From Octopus sinensis (Eukaryota), in the NCBI RefSeq assembly GCF_006345805.1, contig NC_043000.1, forward strand, positions 159,650,001-159,714,000: DNA of 64,000 nucleotides, written 5' to 3'. Positions within the stretch are counted from its first letter, which is position 1; each line of letters begins with the position of its first letter. The notes beneath the pieces are model-generated. The model was not told where the DNA came from. It searched no databases and saw only the letters and a list, made by a program, of their open reading frames with translations. Positions 13,145-25,649 of this stretch are shown in pieces. The position numbers were made by a program, and so were the translations under genes.

Positions 13145-13556
13145 GGATCTTTTCGGTTTGAACGGCAGTTTTTAAAAATAATTTCCACGTAACTAAACAC
13201 TTTTAAACTTCGTATACTGATAGAATGTGTTTATAAAACATCTTTTTCTCTTGGCTTTATTTAGAAAATTCTATAGTTTGTAAGATATTTGTTGTTTTTT
13301 TCTTCAATTCCTGCAATTTCAACCAATCAGTGACGTGTATTGAGGTAAAAAACATTCTATGCCATATGAATATGTCCCTCGTTTAAGAAACAGATTGGGT
13401 TTATTTACATTTCTGAAGAAAAAAAGATGCCCATATCCTCAACCCTAACCCTAAAACAGATTGAAATGCAATAAATCGATACTAAGGTCATAATTATGAG
13501 TGACAATTTCATATGACGCCGCGAGAAAAAACTGCCGTTCAAACTGAAAAGATACT
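13145..13556. mobile_element. MITE-like DNA element
   Basis: ~26-bp inverted repeats TCTTTTCGGTTTGAACGGCAGTTTTT / AAAAACTGCCGTTCAAACTGAAAAGA; GTTATAT occurs on both sides. Confidence 0.6.
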
Positions 13557-13661
13557 GTTATATTTCTGCTGCTTTTAAATAAAGCATATTACTCTACCTC
13601 TGGTAATTGAGTACTCTTTTTTCCACCTTGTTTCACATTTAGGTGCTTACTCCGGTATACC

Positions 13662-13694
<33 letters not shown>

Positions 13695-13974
13695 GCTTCG
13701 AATATATACATATATATCCATATACATGTAAATACATACATGTATATATACATGTGTGTGTCATTGGGATGCTACTCACACTGTCGCAAGATCGTGGTTT
13801 GACTGTGTAGTGTGCTTTGTTCTCGAGGAAAACTCTTCACCTGTTGTTGTTCTGCGATCACTCGATTTGATGAAGGGAAGGATCTCAGGTACGGCGCATA
13901 CATGTAATCACTATTAACAAGTAATTTGCTCAAGTTGTTCAGCAAGAAATTCAAGGTGTCTTTTTCTGACTATC

Positions 13975-14345
13975 CTTTTCTACTCTAGACACAAGGCCCG
14001 AAAGTTTTTGGGAAGGAGACGCCAGTCGATTAGATCGACCCCAGTACACAACTGGTGTTTAATTTATCGACCCCGAAAGGATGAAAGGTAAAGTCGACCT
14101 CGGCGAAATTTGAACTCAGAACGTAACGACAGACGCAATACCTATTTCTTTACTACCCACAAGGGGCTAAACACAGAGAGGACAAACAAGGACAGACAAA
14201 CGGATTAAGTCGATTATGTCGATCTCCAGTGTATAACTGGTACTTATTTAATCGACCCCGAAAGGATGAAAGGCAAAGTCGACCTCGGCGGAATTTGAAC
14301 TCAGAACGTAGCGGCAGACGAAATACCGCTAAGCATTTCGTCCAT
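13975..14345 (-). mobile_element. SINE family B (Nin/Deu-domain-like), two partial copies in tandem
   Basis: GAGTTCAAATTCCGCCGAGGTCGACTTTGCCTTTCATCCTTTCGGGGTCGAT occurs twice on minus. Confidence 0.75.
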
Positions 14346-14403
14346 GTGATTGGTAAGCAAGCTACTTACCACACAACCACTCCTTCCCCTATACATATAT
14401 ATA

Positions 14404-16206
14404 TGGCCATCCCATAAATAATGTGGGTTTTTTATACTTCTTATATTTTTCAAAATTAAGATAAACAAAGTTCTTCTTTTAATCTAAGATATACTCTCCT
14501 TCATTTCCTACAATGCTCTTCAAACTATCTGGTTGATTTGCAAGGCCCCTCTTCCGAAATTTACTTGTCCGTGACGAAAAATGCTCATCTAATACTGTTC
14601 TGACCTCGTCTACAGAATTCATATTTTTCCGTTCAAATGATTTTGAAAACTGCGGAATAAATGATAATCAAATGGGGCAAAGTCCGGCGAATATGGTGGA
14701 TGGAGCATCGTTTCCCATTCAAACTGCTCCAGCCTTTGGAATGTCATCCTGGCTGTATGTTGCCGAGAATTGTCCTGATGGAAGAACACCTTTCGTCTTG
14801 AAACAAAAGATGTCGTTTTTCTCCTAGCCCTGGCTGAAGCTGCTCAAGCTGCTAGCAGTAGATCTCCTTTGTTATCATTTGGTTTGGGTTTAAAAGTTTA
14901 AAGTGGACTAAACATTTCATATCCCACCAAATAGATAACAACACCTTACGTTGGTGAAGACCTTCTTTAGCCTGGGGTACCGGTGTTTTTCCTTTCCCTA
15001 CCCACTAGTTTTCACGCTTGACATTTTTCTAGAGAACCCATTTCTCGTCACCAGTCACTATTCGGCCGAAAAGCGGTTCATTCATGAAACGTGACAGCAA
15101 AGAAGAGTAAAGATTCTCTATCTGCGCACGATTAGACTCGGAATGTTTGGGAGGAACCCATTTACCCAATTTGCTGATTTTTCCGATGGCACGCAGGTGT
15201 CGATAAATGGTTGAATGACGAAATCAAGCTTCTCTGCTAGTTCCTCAACAGTTACGATGGGATTTTATTCCACCAGATTTTGCAGGACGTCCTCGTTGAG
15301 CTCTACAGATCTTCTAGGACGAGGCTCGTCTGCTAGGCTGTAGTTTCCGGTTCGGAATTTCTGAAACCACCAATGACATTGGCTTACGCTTATTGTCTGA
15401 TCCCCATATACTGCATAAATATTCCTCACAGTTTTTGTTGCGTTGTTGCCTTATTGAACTCATAAAGCACAATAAGCCGAATATGCTCCTTTGTCACTTC
15501 CATTAGAGCTTTGGGAAAATCGATATGCATTCTTCAAAATTTGCTCTAAGAATAAGTGGATTTTTTATTGCCCACAAGGGGCCGACATATAAGGACATGT
15601 GGGGACATAAAACAAATTACAAAAAAAAAAAAGGAACGAAAGTGCATGTTACAGTGAATGACAAAATGAAAATGAGAGATGAAATGAAGTATTCTCAGCC
15701 CCACCTCTGAGTCACATCATTTTTACCATTGTTCATTTTTTCTTTTTATACTTGGTGCTTTTCAAGATGTCGAAACCGTACTCCTTTAGTAATTGCATGT
15801 AATCTATGTTCCATGGTAATTTTTGGATGTCCAGTCCAACTTCTCACATTTCAAATCCTCCTTTGAATTTTAACACTTTTTCCCCTGCCCCTCGTCCAAC
15901 AACAGGCAGCAATGCCACCCTTGTACATTGCTGAACTTGCAAGTGTCCACCACTCTTATATTTTTCCACTTTTTATTTCTTCACAGAATTCCTTATTCGT
16001 ATTGTCATACATAATAGCAAAGTTATTTCTTTTCTTTCTTTCGGGAGGTGGGGAGATTGAACGGCTTGTGTCTGACTGTGTATTTGTTTTTGTGTTGGAT
16101 GGGTGTGGGTAGGATCAGCGTCTGTAGGGAGCAAGTAGTTTATCCCATCCCCCTCCGACCTTTAGTTCATGCAATTGAAAAACCGCATTCTTTATGGGAT
16201 TACCCA
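14404..16206 (-). mobile_element. Decayed Mos1-like mariner with a LINE fragment inserted
   Basis: TIRs TGGCCATCCCATAAATAATGTGGGTTTTT and AAAAACCGCATTCTTTATGGGATTACCCA. Minus-strand translation from ~15500 gives MEVTKEHIRLIVLYEF...WFQKFRTGNYSL.DEPRP...LGKWVP with stops and frameshifts. Confidence 0.8.
15556..16170 (-). mobile_element. 5'-truncated LINE-like 3' end inside the mariner
   Basis: Interrupts the mariner 5' region and ends CCCCTTGTGGGCAATAAAAAA, the same tail as SINE family B. Confidence 0.45.
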
Positions 16207-16984
16207 GCACACACACACACACACACAGAGGGTGCAATAGGTAAATTGTCTCCACTGTATATTCTTAATCTCTCGCATACGCATTGTTTGTTTTTCATTT
16301 TGTCGACTACACAGTATAGTAGGGTCAGTTGTGGGAAAACCAGCACCATGACGCAATGCACCCTACCAGTAATTTAGAAACGACATGTTGTACTGCTGTG
16401 CATTTGCACCGGATGCTCCAATACGAACACATGTATATATACACATAGAGACATGCACACACACTCACACCATTCTGACCTCTAAGACCAGTCCCCCAAA
16501 CCACTGAACCATGACAGACAAGCCCAGAAACAAAAAGTCCTTTTAATTCCACATTGCTCTTCCTTCCCCCACCCCAACCAACCTCCCACACTGTCCCTTA
16601 AAATAGCAAACAATCCTTAGCTACACACAAAATAAAAAATGCCGGGAAGAGAGGTTGGTTCCTCTCAAATTTTTTGTAAATTCTTAAATATATCTCCTTC
16701 TGTGAATATATATACTACCAAACAAACATGATTTTTATTGAACTCCTAATGCTTTTTGCTGAATATTTTCTCAAATACTTTCTTGTAAACTGTTTTTAAC
16801 ATTTTCTTATTATTATCAAAGAATGTATATGTATATATTTCTTAATACTTTTGTGACAAACTGTACTTAACACAACAAAGCTTATAAAAAGCTTTACATT
16901 TTACTTTTGACAATCTTTCTCTAAAAAAGTGAAACCGGTCAAGTGAATAAACATCTTTAAAATTGCATTTTCAAACATTCTTTC

Positions 16985-17077
<93 letters not shown>

Positions 17078-17217
17078 TACATATCTATGTAGATAAATAT
17101 ACATCAAAATTTATAATATAATGGCGGTGCCCCAGCATGGCCACAGCTCATAAGCTGAAACTAGAATCAATCATCAATCAATCAATCATAAATATATATA
17201 TTCATATACATATATAA

Positions 17218-17620
17218 GGCGCAGGAGTGGCTGTGTGGTAAGTAGCTTGATAACCAGCCACATGGTTCCGGGTTCAGTCCCGCTGTGTGGCATCTTGGGC
17301 AAGTGTCTTCTGCTATAGCCCCGGGCCGACCAATGCCTTGTGAGTGGATTTGGTAGACGGAAACTGAAAGAAGCCTGTCGTATATATATATGTGTATGTG
17401 TGTGTATATGTTTGTGTCTGTGTTTTTATACCCCCAACATTGCTTGACAACCGATGCTGGTGTGTTTACGTCCCCGTCACTTAGCGGTTCGGCAAAAGAG
17501 ACCGATAGAATAAGTACTGGGCTTACAAAGAATAAGTCCCGGGGTCGATTTGCTCGACTAAAGGCGGTGCTCCAGCAAGGCCGCAGTCAAATGACTGAAA
17601 CAAGTAAAAGAGTAAAAGAG
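17218..17620 (+). mobile_element. tRNA-derived composite SINE, family A (full length)
   Basis: GGCGCAGGAGTGGCTGTGTGGTAAG head with box A/B-like motifs, TTGGGCAAGTGTCTT core, and a (GTAAAAGA) tail. Confidence 0.85.
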
Positions 17621-17711
17621 AAAAGCGTATATATAAATATACATCTACATCTATACACTCACACACACATGCATATATATGTGTCTACGCACAGACATAC
17701 ACACACACACG

Positions 17712-17742
<31 letters not shown>

Positions 17743-18361
17743 ATCACTTACCAACTATAATTCTATTACGATTATCCTTTTATTCTTTTACTGGTTGCAC
17801 TCATTTGATAGAATCCATACTGATATATTGACTCCTGTAATTGGTTCGTTTCTTAACTTCTGATTGAGGAAGAGAGGAAATTGCTACCAAGGTTTAAAAT
17901 GACGTAAATCTGATAGAATTAGATAGCCTCCAGAATACACATATTACATATACATACATTCAAACATGCATACATACATAAAATACGTACATACGTACAT
18001 ACATACATGTATATATGGTGGATTGTCTACTCCTTATGCAGAGTCTGACCACCTCTTGTACCTACACCTTAAATCCAACATGGCATCTGATATGGCTTTT
18101 TAAACCATACAATGTATTGAAAAGACACCGACATAGGTTGCATGTCCGATTTGGACCTCAAATAACTGCAGTTAAGTTCTGATCTTTGTGGATCATAAAA
18201 TGTCTTTTGAAGCCTCCGTTAGAATTGCAGACCTTACAGCATACACAACATAGAAAAGTATGCACAGGTATATAGGCACAATATTTGGTAGAGGTTCGCT
18301 TTTCATGGGTCTACAAATGAGAATTACACACACCCACAAACACACCTATACACACACCTAA

Positions 18362-18720
18362 TAAAATGAGAAAATAGAGAGGTAATTAATAAATTATTAT
18401 CTATTAAGAAAATTAATAAACATCCCTTATAGCTGTTTCAATTCCAGAGCTTCAAAAATTTAATTAAATTAAAAATATAGAATTAATTTTAAATTATTTG
18501 AAAGTCGAATCTCTTAAGGGGTGGTTAAAGATATACAAAATAGGTGTTCGATTGTATATCTTTAACTACCTCTGAAGTGATTCGAGTATCATATAATTTT
18601 CAATCTAATTAATTAATTTTCTGAAGGTCTGGAATTGAAACGGCTATGAGGGATGTTAGTCAATTTTTTAAATAAATAAATAATAATTTATTAATTACCT
18701 CTCTATTATCTCATCTTATA
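18362..18720. repeat. Fold-back inverted repeat with decayed hammerhead-like motifs
   Basis: AATAGAGAGGTAATTAATAAATT...CATCCCTTATAGCTGTTTCAATTCCAGA is mirrored by TCTGGAATTGAAACGGCTATGAGGGATG...ATTAATTACCTCTCTATT. Confidence 0.7.
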
Positions 18721-18764
18721 ATAAATAAATATATATAAACCACGGTTTATATAATTACCATGCA

Positions 18765-18823
<59 letters not shown>

Positions 18824-19003
18824 TGTATACATATATATACACACATATATATGTATATATATATATATATATATAATATATATATATATATATAATATAT
18901 ATATATATGTATGTATGTATACATATATATACACACATATATATGTATATATATATATATATACATATATAATATATATATAATATACATATACATATAT
19001 ATA

Positions 19004-19077
<74 letters not shown>

Positions 19078-19424
19078 CTCGAACACATAGAAAATGGATA
19101 TGTATATATATATATAACAATTGCCAATTCAAAAATTAAAATTTGAAATTTATTAACATAATACTATCTTATATTATATCCTTATAATAATATAACATAA
19201 TACAATAAATGATAAATATTAAATATAAATTATATACAATTGTTTCGATTCTTACTCATAAAAAAAATTAACAATCCATTGTTTGTGAGTAAGAATCTTC
19301 TCAGTGCAACTTGTTTATACATGCAGATTCACATATGTGTGTATGTATTATAGTAAATGGAAGGGGTTATAATCCAAGTTGTGTCCTCGTCAAGGACACC
19401 TGAGCGTTCCAGTAATAAAATGTA

Positions 19425-20694
19425 TTAGGTTGGCAACTGAGTTCCCGCCAGTTTATTAATTTAAATTTATAAAAGGTTTAATAAAAAATAACAACTAATT
19501 AATCAATAATGTATTCACCCTTTATGTTTACAACTTCTTCCCAACGTTCAACAAGATTTTCAATACCTCGTTGTTAGAAATCACCCGATTTCGATTCGAA
19601 AATTTGATCTAACGAAGCTCTCAATTCTGCATCAGTATTGAACGACACTCAACGCATAGCATCTGAAAGAGATCGAAAGAGGTGGAAATCCGTTGGTGCC
19701 AAATCAGGAGAGCACAGTGGGTGTGGCAGCACTTCTCAGCCATACATTTGAATGGCTTCCTTGGTCATATTGGCGATATGAGGGCGGGCGTCGTCGTGCA
19801 GCAGAACTCCAATCTGCCGATTAGGTTTTTTCTCTTGAATAGCCATGTTGAGTCGTTCCGCGTTGACCGTTTCGTTCCGTTAAAGCAATTCGTAATGGAT
19901 AATCCCTTCCCAATCCTACCATAAGCACAACAACGTTTTACGCGGATGAACGTCTTGTTTCACGCGCAGTGTCGCTTGTTTACCGGAGCTAAGCCTTTCC
20001 CTACGCTGCTTCATATTGCTGTACAGGCACCATTTTTCGTCGCCAGTAACGATTCGGTAAAGAAATCGTTGCTTGTGTCCATGAGTTGAGCGGTGACGAG
20101 CAAGTAAACCAGCGGAGATTGTGGCTCGCTGATTTTTGTTGTTGTCACTTAAAGCATGCGCAACCCACGCTCCATACTTCTGAACCCTTCCCATCGAGTG
20201 AAGATGCTTCTCTATAGCAGTGTGAGAGCATTCCCCTTTCTCTGCCAGTTCCTTGTCGTTTGACGAGAAATATTCGTGCAAAAGTTGGTTTAATCGGTCT
20301 TCATCGAACTCATCTGGACGGCCAGAACGAGGTGCGTCTTTGAGGTCAAAATTTCCATTTTTGAACTTGGCATACCATTCACGAGCAGTTCTTTCAGCTA
20401 TGGCTATAGCACCTGCTCCATACACAGCACAAATGTCGCGAGCAGCTTTTGCGGCCTTAGAACCTTGATTAAAAGAAAAAGAAGGAGGTATCGAAAATGG
20501 TCGATTTTCTTAACTTGGCATTCCATTTTAATGATCTGAAAATAAACAAAAACTAAGATTAACTAGATAACAAAAAAAAAAAGATTCCAAAATGATTCAA
20601 AAATAGATTTCTCGAAAAAAATTGATTTCAAAATTTAAAAACGCAATAAATTCTAAAATTTAAAAAGACGGCTGGAACTTAGTTGCCAACCCAA
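19425..20694 (-). mobile_element. Full-length (~1.27 kb) mariner with a disrupted transposase (~20526 to 19499)
   Basis: TIRs TTAGGTTGGCAACT... and ...AGTTGCCAACCCAA with TA flanks. Translation includes WYAKFKNGNFDLKDAPRSGRP, YGAWVAH, IVTGDEKWCLY and KTLLCLW; there are frameshifts. Confidence 0.92.
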
Positions 20695-22405
20695 TATATA
20701 TCTAAGATATTTTATCTTAAATAAGAAAATCATACACCCTAGGTGAAAATTCCGGAGAATTATATTTGCAGAGTAAGTATATATTAAAATAATGTCTGGA
20801 CATTTTGATATACTTTAAATTCCATGTCATATGTGCTTTTCTTTTTTACAGGATAGTCGTTACAAAACCAGATATACGCATTTATACAGTAGGTATTATA
20901 TTATATTATATTATATTATAATATCTACTCTATAAATGTGCATATCTGGTGTTTATCTCCAAAAATCTCAGGTACGGTGCAGCCACGAGAAAAATGAATT
21001 TGATTTTCGAAATCTACGTCCCAATGAAAAATAAGTATTAATAAAAGATATACTTTTTTACGAGAAATAACCTAACTTTTAGGGCGACAACTCTCCCACT
21101 CTCTATCTTTTACCACCAATGTGTCTCTCTATATATCTACCATACTCTTTGACACTCACTCTCATTCTATATGTATTAGCTCTCACACATTGTTTTCATT
21201 TTGTTTAAAACCTCATCTTATAATACTTACTTTCATTTTCCGACAGCGATTAGGCACAAACACTGTTTCCTGATTCTATATAAGTTGAAACTTTTCTGGA
21301 ATAAAAGAATCGCAAATTTGGATTCATCCTGAAAACGTAAACCAAATTTGAAAATTTTCACTTAATTTTAAAATTTCAAAATCTGTTGTAGCAACCGAAA
21401 AGATCTCACTGTCTCTGTCCCTTTCAATTTTTCGCTTTTCTCATGGCAAACTTTCTTCCTCTCTATACATTGTTACCACTCTCTCTCTCATTCACTATAA
21501 CAGTTATATAGCTCACAGTGAGTGTTTGTCAATGTGTGTGTATGCATGTTTGTGAGGAATTTCATTAGGGCGACACTGATTTAAAACAAGGTATGTAAAT
21601 GAATATTTATTTAAATAGCATACTGTTAGTAAATGTTTTTTCTTATACACACACACACACACACAGCCTTGCTTGATGTGTGGTGTGGGATTAAACATTT
21701 AAATTCAAAGTATTTAGTTGTTGTTGCTTATATTCAAGCAATGGACCACCACATCATCATTCCAGAAAATATGTTTATGGGGAGAAAATAGTGAAAAACA
21801 TCAATATTTGTTAGAGTGACAAAGAAACGCGTAAGGTGTTTGTGAGATGTGTTAGACCTTTAAATCACCTTTCTGTCTGAAATTATTTTCAAATTATAAA
21901 CAGAAATATATTTCAGATTTGGACTGTCCACATTTTAAAACTATGGTTTTAAAAAATTTCGCAATAAAAGAGGAATTTTAGGATTTATCGAGAGGCGGGG
22001 TTAATGAAAAAATGAAAAAATTTTCACTGTTTTTAAATTACGTTTAATTTTCCGTTTGGAAATAAAGGAAGTGGGCATTGTAATGGTGATCATCATTTCC
22101 TAGATTTTTTAATTTTTATTTATTTATTTATTTTTTTTTTAACCTTCAAGTCTTCTTCCCATTGTTTCTGAATGCATAGTGTAAAAAAAATTGTCCAGAA
22201 TCGGTAGTGAGTCGGGGCGGGGGACGCTTTGAAAAAATTCATAAATTTTCAAAAAAACAAAAAATCAACAAAATCGATCTAGGAGTCTCTTTTCATAAAA
22301 ATTTCTCCCTCCACCATCATTTGCAAGGGTGTAGTAGAAAAAAATTGAAAAGTCATCATCTTCTATTGTGAAAATACCTCCAAGGAGAGGATAGTGAGCT
22401 AGTTG

Positions 22406-22468
<63 letters not shown>

Positions 22469-23147
22469 ATGTACACACGTGTGTGTGTGCGTGTATATTG
22501 TACAGAAAATAATGGGATTCTGGAACGCAGGATTACTATGAAGACAGCTTAGAAAATCAAGTAAATACCCTTTTGGAATACCGAAAAAAGTGGCCAGCAA
22601 GGCTCTACAGAGAATCGAACCCTGTACCACTCAAATTCCGGCTGACACATACACACACATTCGCACACACACGCACACACACATAAGTGAAAGGAAAAAG
22701 TCCATAAAGAAAGAATTCAAAATATCAATGGGTGCATTTATAGAAACCTGTTAATCTCTCGAGTCACTCAGAGTTTTACAGGATGTTCGGACTAAATGTT
22801 ACAACATGCACAAAAGGAAAAGACTGCTTGCAAATTGCATCGTTAACCAGATAGAAGGGATGTCCTCATCGGGTTAAAAAATCACAGAAGAGTCCGATGA
22901 ACGGACAGCCGAATATTACTTGTCAGTACAACTAGTGCGTTGATCTCTGAGAGAAATTTTAGAACTAGCATTTTTGCTTGTTGCAAAAACACATCACCTC
23001 CCAAAATATAAGTATCAGCTAGATTATGGGTGGGAGATAACAGTTCACACTACGACCTAAAAGCAGCTCCTCACTGTGCATCTGGGAATATTTTCGAACA
23101 ACTCCTTAATCAGCTCAGCCTTGGTGTTACAGGCAGAGTGCTTACTG

Positions 23148-23545
23148 TCTTTCTCATGGATGGAAGCACTCCGTCGGTTACGACGACGAGGGTTCCGGTT
23201 GATCCGAATCAACGGAACAGCCTGCTCGTGAAATTAACGTGTAAGTGGCTGAGCACTCCACAGACACGTGTACCCTTAACGTAGTTCTCGGGGATATTCA
23301 GCGTGACACAGAGAGTGACAAGGCCGGCCCTTTGAAATACAGGTACAACAGAAACAGGAAGTAAGAGTGAGAGAAAGTTGTGGTGAAAGAGTACAACAGG
23401 GATCACCACCATCCCCTGCCGGAGCCTCGTGGAGATTTAGGTGTTTTCGCTCAATAAACACTCACAACGCCTGGTCTGGGAATCGATATCGCGATCCTAT
23501 GACCGCGAGTCCGCTGCCCTAACCACTGGGCCATTGCGCCTCCGC
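23148..23545 (-). mobile_element. tRNA-derived SINE, family C (long form)
   Basis: Head GGAGGCGCAATGGCCCAGTGGTTAGGGCAGCGGACTCG on minus. Confidence 0.8.
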
Positions 23546-23885
23546 TTTAATTGTTATTATTAATGTTGCTGTTATCGTTACTTTCTCGGGGTTTATTTAT
23601 TTAGTTCATGGTAATTTAGTTGGGGTAAAGTTCGGTTTAAATGTTTGGTTTTAAGTTTCTCTTGCCTCTGGTCTCTGTTCAGTTGACATTAAAGAGCCAG
23701 ACAGTTAAAATTTTATGTATGCGTTCTTGTGGTAGATATTATCAATCTAGTTTACAATCTCGCCCCATCTAATACGTCCCACTCTCTCTCCATACAATCT
23801 GACAGACATATGCATGTGCGTGTGAGTGCGTGTGTGTGTGTGTGCGTGTGTGCGCATGTACATACATACATACGTATACATATAC

Positions 23886-23921
<36 letters not shown>

Positions 23922-24226
23922 GCGTACATTCATACACATGCACATCACACATACTGAGGCATATGAAAAGTATGTTGAAGTGAGTTATTTCTTGAAGAGT
24001 GATTTTAGAGCATAGAAACTATTACAACGGCACTCTATTTCTGTTAGTTTCTTTTTTCTTTTAATTTCCTCCCCGTCTCTCACTCAATCTATCTGTACGA
24101 CTCTCTCTTATATATACATATATATATATCAGTTGAAATTTATAGAAAAACAAAAGGCGAAGACTGGTGAATGAACAAAAAGCCGGTGTATTAGTTTGAC
24201 GCTCGGGACAGTGAGAAAGACTTTTA

Positions 24227-24262
24227 CTTTTACGCTTCGAGCCTTTGCTCTTCAACAGAAAG
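24227..24262 (-). ncRNA. Minimal hammerhead-like motif, A6U variant, degenerate
   Basis: CTTT-CTGTTGA-AGAGC(AAAG)GCTC-GAAGCGT-A^AAAG. Confidence 0.35.
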
Positions 24263-24288
24263 GAATAAGAGAAAATAAACAGAGAGAG

Positions 24289-24338
<50 letters not shown>

Positions 24339-24344
<6 letters not shown>

Positions 24345-24533
24345 ATATGTTACAATTACTCAATAGTCAAGATAAAACTCTGAGTTTCAGATGCCGAAGT
24401 GGAAAACGACAACACCATCTCTTCGGTTATCTGGCCAGATAACCGAAGAGATGGTGCTGTGGATTTCCACTTCTGCATCTGAAACTCAGAGTTTTATCTT
24501 GACTATTGAGTAATTGTAACATATTATTTTATA
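24339..24533. repeat. Near-perfect ~195-bp palindrome (Penelope-like fold-back) holding two divergent hammerhead-like motifs
   Basis: Arms mirror around TTATCT-GGCC-AGATAA (axis 24434/24435). Confidence 0.85.
24437..24499 (+). ncRNA. Hammerhead-like motif, U4C variant (mirror copy on minus at 24370-24432)
   Basis: AGATAA-CCGAAGA-GATG...CATCT-GAA-ACTC(A)GAGT-T^TTATCT: 6-bp stem I; the stem II register is off by one. Confidence 0.45.
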
Positions 24534-24653
24534 GATAAATTTCCTCTATTTACATAATATTGAGGTATCTTTCTTTCTTTTGTTATCTTACCGTTTTTAC
24601 CAATATATATATAAAAGTTTTTGTGCATCTTGATGCTGACATAAGTTCCTTGC

Positions 24654-24736
24654 TTTTCCTGATGAGAAGGCGGCATAATGCACCCCTTATTCCTTCGAAA
24701 TTATGAATACGCAGCCTTCGAAACATATGTCGAAAA
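24654..24736 (+). ncRNA. Type I hammerhead ribozyme, canonical core, extended stem II
   Basis: TTTTC-CTGATGA-GAAGGC...GCCTTC-GAA-ACA(TA)TGT-C^GAAAA: GUC cleavage triplet, predicted cut after 24731. Confidence 0.8.
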
Positions 24737-24808
24737 TAAAATAAATGAATTTTGTTAATTCGTCGTTCAACTCCATTCTTTCATTTATTTGTATATATAT
24801 ATATATTT

Positions 24809-24848
<40 letters not shown>

Positions 24849-25151
24849 CACACATATACATAAAAATGTATATACTCATGTATGCATATATGTGTACGTG
24901 TCTATAAGGATGTGCCCTCATGCTCGTATGTTCGTGTCTGTATATGCAAATACACACACCAAAACACACACAGTTTTATGAAACAACTTTTCTGCTACTA
25001 ACATGAACTGTAAACTTCGTATGATACCTTAAAATTGTAATATTTTCTCAAAAGTTTTAGTCATGATTAGCAAAGCGAAACCTGTTGACAGTATAGATAT
25101 TTTTATCTCATAAAAATATATACATTATGCGCATTTTTCTTATTTTTATTT

Positions 25152-25231
<80 letters not shown>

Positions 25232-25307
25232 ATATTAGGGAATAAATCCAAATTTACAGGGAAAAATTCAGATTTAGGATTAAATCCAATTTTATAGTAA
25301 AATATTA

Positions 25308-25564
25308 TATAATATTAATTCGAGACAAAACCACTATTTTGCAAAACAAACAAGGAAAGACTTAATCAATACATAAACATTTTTAATATAAAGAAATAAA
25401 CCGCCACTACAATCGTTTCATGTCTTCAATGACATTCGTCAGGTGGATTTTCGATCTCCTAATCTGTTTTAATTTATGAAGGTTTATTTCTTTATATTAA
25501 AAATTTTTATGTATTGATTAAGTCTTTCCTTGTTTGTTTTGCAAAATAGTGGTTTTGTCTTGAA

Positions 25565-25575
<11 letters not shown>
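25308..25575. repeat. Fold-back with ~95-bp arms and a hammerhead in the loop
   Basis: 25308-25402 is the reverse complement of 25481-25575; it is flanked by (TA)n. Confidence 0.85.
25404..25446 (-). ncRNA. Minimal type I hammerhead ribozyme, canonical core
   Basis: CCAC-CTGACGA-ATGTC(ATTGAA)GACAT-GAA-ACG(AT)TGT-A^GTGG. Confidence 0.8.
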
Positions 25576-25639
<64 letters not shown>

Positions 25640-25649
25640 TTCGTTTGTT

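Larger units (their letters stand above)
13033..13582. mobile_element. Penelope-like fold-back remnant; right arm interrupted by a MITE
   Basis: 13033-13080 is the reverse complement of 13116-13144 plus 13557-13582. It contains a hammerhead-like motif. Confidence 0.6.

Noticed and set aside
17218-17300. tRNA-like sequences at SINE heads (also ~23480-23545 and others)
   Set aside because: They continue into SINE bodies, and I could not fold a complete cloverleaf.
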